DNA of 63,236 bases, filler included. It is 4 parts of 4 records of this genome, joined end to end, with 100 filler letters (N's around TTAATTAATTAA, not from the genome) between each part and the next. Parts side by side here need not be neighbours in the genome. Positions count along the whole stretch, not along the records: positions 57,001 to 63,236 come from SRR2962707_4258; 3 more parts are not named here. One strand, written 5' to 3'. Positions 58,250-63,236 of the stretch are shown piece by piece. The notes beneath the pieces were generated by a model. The model did not search any database and was not told the DNA's origin. It saw only the letters and a list, made by a program, of their open reading frames with translations. The first letter of the stretch is position 1. Each line of letters begins with the position of its first letter. Position numbers and translations under genes: made by a program.

Positions 58250-60589
58250 ATGAAGCTCAAACAATTGCTCTTGACCAGTACCGCTATGCTCATGCTCGGC
58301 ACCCCTGTGGCGCCGCTCTTTGCGCAAAGCGGCAACGCATCGTTCACCGTGGCGCAAGCAGCGCCTCCGGCTCTCGCCGGTGCCATCCAGACCTATCTCG
58401 AGGCGCAAGCTGCCCTGGAGGCTGCCGAAGCCGGCGGTGGCGATGTTGCCGCCGCCCAGGAAACCCTGTCTGCCGCACGCGACGAACTCGGCGCGCTCTG
58501 CGCCGCCATCGGTCAGACCGATATCAACGCCTGCATCGCAATGTTCGAAGGCGGCGAGCTAGCGCCTGCCGCCCCTGCGCCGGAAGCCGAGATGTCGGTC
58601 GAAGCGGAAGGGGAAGCCGCTGCCGAGCCTGAGGCACCCGCGCCCGAAGCAGCGCCAGCCGAAGAACCTGCTCCAGTAGAGGCAGAGGCCGCCCCGGCTG
58701 AACCTGCGCCCGCTCCAGTAGAGGCTGAGCCAGCCCCCGTCGAGGACCCGGCACCTGCCCCTGAGCCAGAACCGGCGCCCGCCGAAGAGCCTGCACCGGT
58801 TGAGGAAGCCGCACCCGCACCCGCGGAAGAGGCTGCCCCCGCCGAAGAGGCCGCGCCTGAACCGGCACCGGCTGAAGAGCCCGCTCCTGCCCCTGAAACC
58901 ATGGAAGAACCTGAGCCTGAGGCCGACGAAGCTCCGGCAGCAGAGCCCGCTGCTCCTGTTGAGCAACCCGCCGCCGATGCCGAGTCCTCGGCTCCTGCCT
59001 CCCTGCTCGATGCGGTCGCCGCCTATGAAACGGCCGTCGCCGAATTCGAAGCTGCCGTCGCTGCCGGTGGTGATACGGCAGCAGCGGCTCAGGCCGTCAC
59101 CGATGCCGAGGCTGAACTGCGCGGCATCTGTGAAGCTCTTGGGCAGACCGACCTTGATGCCTGCCTGACCGGCTTTGATATCGAGCTCGATATCATCGAC
59201 GTACAGGCCGCCCTCGATGGCGCCGCTGAAACGCCTGCTGACTCTGAAGAGGAAGCGCCTGTTGAAGGCGAAGCTCCAGCAGAAGAAGCACCAGCCCAGG
59301 AAATGGACGACAGCATCGTTCTCGAAGGTGACGTTCAGGGCGAAATCGTTCCTGAAGGCACCAATGCCGACGAAGTTGCTCCACTTCTCGACAGCGACAA
59401 GGATGCCGCCTCCGGTGCCATGGCCGAAGACGACGCCGACGCGGACGTCCAGGCGGAAGGTGAAGCGCAGGCTGAGGCAGACGCCGAGGTCCAGCCGGAA
59501 ACTCCGGCAGAACCGGCCCCTGCTCCCGAGCAGGTCGATGTAACCCAGATCCCGTCGATCGAAACCGAAGAGGGTGAAGACCGCCAGGAAGTCTCGATCC
59601 AAGAGATCGAGGAAGCCGCATCGGCATCATCCTCGGCCCAGCTTCAGCAGGGATCTGGCCAGCAACAGGCCAACCAGCAGGGCGGCGTACTCGTTGGCCC
59701 GGTCCGTGAAGGTCCGTCCAACGCCGAAATCATCGCCACCATCGGTCTGGCCACCATCTTTGCGATTGGCGCCAACCAGTTCATCAACACGCCCGACACA
59801 CCGCGTATCGTCTATCCCGATGACCAGCAGTACTATGTCGAGAACCTGTCGGAAGGTCGCACCCGCGAAACCATCCTGCGGGCCGATGGTAGCCGCATCG
59901 TGACGATCCGCGATCAGTATGGCGACGTTATCCGCCGTTCGCGCATCGAACCCGATGGGCGCGAAATCCTGCTGGTCTATGTCGACCCCAGCTATCGCCG
60001 CTATGACGAACAGGGCCGCTGGATCGATCCGGGCCGTCAGCTCCCGCCGCTGGTGCTCAACATCCCGCCCAGCGAGTATGTGCTCAACGCCTCGGCTGCC
60101 AATGAGCAGCAGGTCGCGACCTTCCTCGACCAGCCGCCGGTGGAAACCATCCAGCGTTACTACACGATCGACGAAGTCAAACGCTCGTCCCGTCTGCGCG
60201 ACATGGTCCGCCGCCTCGAAATCGCCGACCTGACCTTCGAGACCGGCAGTGCCAACATTTCGCAAAGCGAAATTGGAACGCTCTCGGCGACGGCCAACGC
60301 CATGCTGGCGCTGATCAGGCAAAACCCCGCGGAAACCTTCCTTATTGAAGGCCATACCGACGCCGTGGGATCGGATATCTCCAATCTGGCCCTGTCCGAC
60401 CGCCGTGCCGAAGCCATCGCGTATGCTCTGACCCGCGTTTATGGCGTCCCCGCCGAAAACCTTGCAACGCAGGGCTATGGCGAGCGCTACCTCAAGGTCA
60501 ACACGCAGGCCGCAGAGCGCACCAACCGCCGCGTCACGATCCGCCGCATTACCCCGCTCATCACCCCGATGACCGGCGCCGCCGGATAA
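58250..60589 (+). CDS. Large acidic periplasmic protein with C-terminal OmpA-like peptidoglycan-binding domain
   Basis: Signal peptide, RBS GAGGAG, Pro/Ala/Glu linkers, FETGSA..IEGHTDAVGS..NLALSDRRA..QGYGE..NRRVTIR. Confidence 0.9.
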   Translation: MKLKQLLLTSTAMLMLGTPVAPLFAQSGNASFTVAQAAPPALAGAIQTYLEAQAALEAAEAGGGDVAAAQETLSAARDELGALCAAIGQTDINACIAMFEGGELAPAAPAPEAEMSVEAEGEAAAEPEAPAPEAAPAEEPAPVEAEAAPAEPAPAPVEAEPAPVEDPAPAPEPEPAPAEEPAPVEEAAPAPAEEAAPAEEAAPEPAPAEEPAPAPETMEEPEPEADEAPAAEPAAPVEQPAADAESSAPASLLDAVAAYETAVAEFEAAVAAGGDTAAAAQAVTDAEAELRGICEALGQTDLDACLTGFDIELDIIDVQAALDGAAETPADSEEEAPVEGEAPAEEAPAQEMDDSIVLEGDVQGEIVPEGTNADEVAPLLDSDKDAASGAMAEDDADADVQAEGEAQAEADAEVQPETPAEPAPAPEQVDVTQIPSIETEEGEDRQEVSIQEIEEAASASSSAQLQQGSGQQQANQQGGVLVGPVREGPSNAEIIATIGLATIFAIGANQFINTPDTPRIVYPDDQQYYVENLSEGRTRETILRADGSRIVTIRDQYGDVIRRSRIEPDGREILLVYVDPSYRRYDEQGRWIDPGRQLPPLVLNIPPSEYVLNASAANEQQVATFLDQPPVETIQRYYTIDEVKRSSRLRDMVRRLEIADLTFETGSANISQSEIGTLSATANAMLALIRQNPAETFLIEGHTDAVGSDISNLALSDRRAEAIAYALTRVYGVPAENLATQGYGERYLKVNTQAAERTNRRVTIRRITPLITPMTGAAG

Positions 60590-60610
60590 GCGCGAAGCAA
60601 ATCAAACGAT

Positions 60611-60645
60611 AAAAAGGCCGGAGCTAGAGCTCCGGCCTTTCTTTT
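60611..60645. terminator. Bidirectional terminator overlapping the GyrI-like gene stop
   Basis: AAAAAGGCCGGAGCT-AG-AGCTCCGGCCTTTCTTTT. Confidence 0.8.
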
Positions 60646-61253
60646 ATCGGTTGCCGCAGAATTGTCCGAAGCTTCTCCGGGGCGGTCTTGCGCGGATCGC
60701 CGAGATAGATTTCGTGGTGCTTGCCGGTCGGCACCCACCCGTGCTTGGGCATGTAGTCCTCGTGCATCCGGGCCAGGATCGGCCCTTCATCGTCGTAAGA
60801 GCCGATATGAAGCACCTGAACGGCCTTGCCCTCCTCCAGCGCCTCTACCCGCAACAGATCGAGCGCCGCCGGCTTCTTTTTTGCTCGCGCCGTTTCGATA
60901 GCCGCCGCAATCATGGCCGGTCCAATCCAGTCGGGCACCATGATCATCATCGTCCAGTCCCATTTATCCTTCTCGCGGGTCACGAAACTCTGCATATCGC
61001 TGGCCCACCACAGCCCCTCCAGCGGCGGAACCGTGTAATCCCTGTCCAGTTGGGTCTTGGAAGCGAATTTGAGCGTGTAGGCGACCGTATAAAGCGTCTC
61101 GACCGCCTCGCTATAGGAGCGCGTAACATTGGGATCGCCGTGCCCGTCGATCATCAGGAACCGCATGGCCGGTACGTCGACGACGTGGAGACCTTTCGAT
61201 TTTGTCGGGCCGTAAAGCGCTTTGAGCTGCTTTTTGAAGTCGACCTTTTCCAT
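60624..61253 (-). CDS. GyrI-like small-molecule-binding domain protein
   Basis: KVDFKK..K.LY, FLMIDG.GDPN, PPLEGLWW, HIGSYDDE, HHEIYLGDPR, LRTILRQP. Confidence 0.88.
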   Translation of the reverse strand: MEKVDFKKQLKALYGPTKSKGLHVVDVPAMRFLMIDGHGDPNVTRSYSEAVETLYTVAYTLKFASKTQLDRDYTVPPLEGLWWASDMQSFVTREKDKWDWTMMIMVPDWIGPAMIAAAIETARAKKKPAALDLLRVEALEEGKAVQVLHIGSYDDEGPILARMHEDYMPKHGWVPTGKHHEIYLGDPRKTAPEKLRTILRQPIKERPEL

Positions 61254-61383
61254 TGGAGATTCTCCCCGCTCTTCGTTCAGCAACGATACGGGGCACCCTT
61301 AAAGATTGGAAAGAATTCTTGCGCACTTTGCCCGCAATCCCCATCTGTGGGCTTCGGCAAACATCGGAGATTCTTTTTACGCA

Positions 61384-61995
61384 ATGTTCGACATCGACAA
61401 GATCGTTACGGCCCTGAAAACCGACCCTAACATGCAGCGCACCGCCGGTGCGGGCGCCGCGGGGCTTGCCGCCGGCATGCTGCTGGGCGGCGGAGGTATC
61501 AAGAAGATCGCCAAATATGGCGCCCTCGCCGCCATCGGCGGTCTCGCCTACAACGCCTGGCAAAAGAGCCGGCAGGATAACACGGCCACCGACGTCGAAA
61601 CCCCGCCCGAGGGCCCGTTCATGCCCGCGCCGTCCGACGAGACAGGTCAGGAAGCGCTGGGCAAAGCGCTCGTTCGCGCCATGATTTCAGCCGCCAAGGC
61701 GGATGGCCGCATCGATGGAGATGAAAAGGAACGCATATTCCAGCGGCTCGAGGATATGAACCTGTCGGCCCAGGAAAAGGCGTTCGTCTTTGACGAGCTT
61801 TCGACCCCGCTCGATATCGAAGCGGTGGTGCGCGGCGCCGATACCCCCGAACACGCGGCGGAAATCTATGCCGCCTCGCTGGTTGCCATCGACGCCGACA
61901 CGGCAACCGAACGCGCCTATCTCGACGCGCTGGCCAGCAGGCTCAGCCTGCCCGATGCGCTGGTCACCGAAATTCACAAGGCGGCGGCGCGCTAA
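61384..61995 (+). CDS. DUF533 / tellurite resistance TerB-like (YebE-like) protein
   Basis: Gly-rich hydrophobic N-terminus, RAMISAAKADGRID..E, AAEIYAAS, ERAYLDALA. Confidence 0.88.
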   Translation: MFDIDKIVTALKTDPNMQRTAGAGAAGLAAGMLLGGGGIKKIAKYGALAAIGGLAYNAWQKSRQDNTATDVETPPEGPFMPAPSDETGQEALGKALVRAMISAAKADGRIDGDEKERIFQRLEDMNLSAQEKAFVFDELSTPLDIEAVVRGADTPEHAAEIYAASLVAIDADTATERAYLDALASRLSLPDALVTEIHKAAAR

Positions 61996-62059
61996 CTTTC
62001 GGGAACGAATCGCCGATTTTGCGCTTATTATTGATCGAACATGGAAGCGGGAGGTTGAT

Positions 62060-62233
62060 ATGACCTATCTCGACCAAGATCAGACGCGCCATGCAGGCGT
62101 CGGCTCTCTCGTGCTGCGGATCGCTGCAATCCTTGCCATCCTGGCTTTCGGGTGGTTTGCACTCACTGTCGGAAGCGAGGACTCGACGGGGCGCCCTGAA
62201 ATCGTTCCCGAGCCAATGGTCAGTACGTCCTGA
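62060..62233 (+). CDS. Small (57 aa) single-pass membrane protein
   Basis: Strong RBS GGGAGG; MTYLDQDQTRHAGVGSLVLRIAAILAILAFGWFALTVG... Confidence 0.65.
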   Translation: MTYLDQDQTRHAGVGSLVLRIAAILAILAFGWFALTVGSEDSTGRPEIVPEPMVSTS

Positions 62234-62237
62234 CGCC

Positions 62238-62462
62238 CTACTTTTTGCCGCTGCGCTTGATCGATGTGATCTTGAGCGGCGGCACCCCGGACTTTTCCGA
62301 AATGGCCCGGTCCTGATCCATAATGGCGGTCAGCGCCGGCTCATCGCCGTCCAGCCCGCCCAGCAGGCCCGAATCCACCTTCCGGTTGGACCGTTGGCTG
62401 CCGTCCTCATAAACGATGTCGAAAAGCACGAACTCCGTGCGCATGGTTGGCTTTTTGGCCAT
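62238..62462 (-). CDS. Conserved hypothetical protein (74 aa)
   Basis: MAKKP..EFVLFDIVYEDGSQRSNRKV...LDGDEPA...QDR.I; protein-like composition, recalled as an alphaproteobacterial conserved small protein. Confidence 0.7.
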   Translation of the reverse strand: MAKKPTMRTEFVLFDIVYEDGSQRSNRKVDSGLLGGLDGDEPALTAIMDQDRAISEKSGVPPLKITSIKRSGKK

Positions 62463-62539
62463 GTTTTTTCCAATCTTGAAACTGAACAGGGCTGCCGCCA
62501 ACGCGACAGCCCACTCTTGATTTTGTGATGAGACCGAGC

Positions 62540-62827
62540 TTAGCCGAACAGGAAGCGGCCCTGTTCGCGGATGATCTGCCGGCCCTTGCCCAGGGTTGCC
62601 GCGGCACAATCGTCCTTGTCGGTAAATTTGTCGGCCCGGATGAAAGAATGGGTCTTGGTCTCCCCATCGATCTCTTTTTCGATGGTTCCGGCGATCTGGT
62701 ATTCACCACCAGTCTTCATCAGCGTAGCCTTGATGAGATAGCCTTCGTACTCTTCCTGAGCGTCGACACTGAGTGCAGCCGGCTGCTTTTCACCGCCACC
62801 GCCGAACAGATTTTTCCAAAACGACAT
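62540..62827 (-). CDS. HlyU-family (Pfam HlyU) small protein
   Basis: MSFWKNLFGGG, EYEGYLI, GGEYQIAG.IEK, H.FIRAD, KGRQII.EQG..LF; RBS GGAGG. Confidence 0.85.
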   Translation of the reverse strand: MSFWKNLFGGGGEKQPAALSVDAQEEYEGYLIKATLMKTGGEYQIAGTIEKEIDGETKTHSFIRADKFTDKDDCAAATLGKGRQIIREQGRFLFG

Positions 62828-62896
62828 CTCGAACCCTCCATATGCACGAGGCGGCCAATGGCCGCCCCGATTTGTTCTAACCTAACGCCACACGGA

Positions 62897-63236
62897 CTAG
62901 TTGTCCAAGAAGCTCCGCAGCTTGCGGCTGCGGCTGGGATGCTTGAGCTTGCGAAGCGCCTTTGCCTCGATCTGCCGGATACGCTCGCGGGTAACAGAGA
63001 ACTGCTGGCCCACTTCCTCGAGCGTATGATCGGTGTTCATGCCGATACCGAAACGCATGCGCAGCACGCGTTCCTCGCGCGGCGTCAGAGAGGCGAGAAC
63101 ACGGGTCGTGGTTTCGCGCAGATTGCTCTGGATCGCCGCATCGATTGGCTGGATCGCGTTGGTATCGGGAATGAAATCCCCGAGGTTTGAATCTTCCTCG
63201 TCACCGATCGGCGTTTCGAGCGAGATCGGCTCCTTG
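62897..63236 (-). CDS. rpoD: RNA polymerase sigma factor RpoD, C-terminal part (5' end outside the window)
   Basis: Manual translation: [22 protein letters not shown]...[63 protein letters not shown]. Confidence 0.97.
   Translation of the reverse strand, partial: KEPISLETPIGDEEDSNLGDFIPDTNAIQPIDAAIQSNLRETTTRVLASLTPREERVLRMRFGIGMNTDHTLEEVGQQFSVTRERIRQIEAKALRKLKHPSRSRKLRSFLDN

Noticed and set aside
57940-58960. Short tandem-like repeats (GAAGC/GCCCC units) that could suggest an array
   Set aside because: In-frame Ala/Pro/Glu low-complexity coding sequence with wobble variation; no constant repeat with unique spacers, so not CRISPR.
62525-63190. 221 aa plus-strand ORF
   Set aside because: Antisense to the HlyU-family gene and rpoD, which are the recognisable genes.

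Overview
This window is not one continuous locus. Three artificial spacers (N44-TTAATTAATTAA-N44 at 12977-13076, 30254-30353 and 56901-57000) join four contigs, which appear to come from at least two and probably three organisms. (1) 1-12976 is alphaproteobacterial (Rhodospirillales-like) core genome: dusB-ntrB-ntrC-ntrY', ccsA-like, ispDF, a pseudo-receiver protein, cutA, a 2Fe-2S ferredoxin, a candidate sRNA, a PAS protein, tRNA-Pro(GGG), and plsX'-fabH-ihfA-merR. (2) 13077-30253 is a GC-rich gammaproteobacterial (Alcanivorax/Pseudomonas-like) stretch: the start of the dcw cluster (mraZ-rsmH-ftsL-ftsI-murE-murF-mraY'), an inserted oxygen-binding di-iron (ODP) gene with two FNR boxes, rnpB, rsmI, lpoA-yraN-gmhA-dolP, an acyl-CoA ligase/SDR/MFS trio and a terminal REP doublet. 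(3) 30354-56900 is alphaproteobacterial: the gyrB 3' end, PAS and TauD genes, a two-component/PepSY/cytochrome b module, about 20 kb of organic-acid catabolism with two TAXI-TRAP transporters, and a tRNA 3' fragment. (4) 57001-63236 is Hyphomicrobiales-like: a palindromic repeat, yjbQ, small membrane proteins, a large acidic OmpA protein, GyrI-like, DUF533, HlyU and the rpoD 3' end. I found no CRISPR array, transposase, integrase, prophage or defence system, and no unambiguous new multi-gene system. The best leads are a CRP-box-driven anti-Shine-Dalgarno sRNA candidate, the FNR-boxed orphan ODP upstream of the dcw cluster, a 217-bp heptamer-repeat inverted element that supplies the rsmI stop codon, and an IclR-controlled TAXI-TRAP/lactonase/CoA-transferase/lyase module of unknown substrate. 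All calls are from reading the sequence; no database searches were run.
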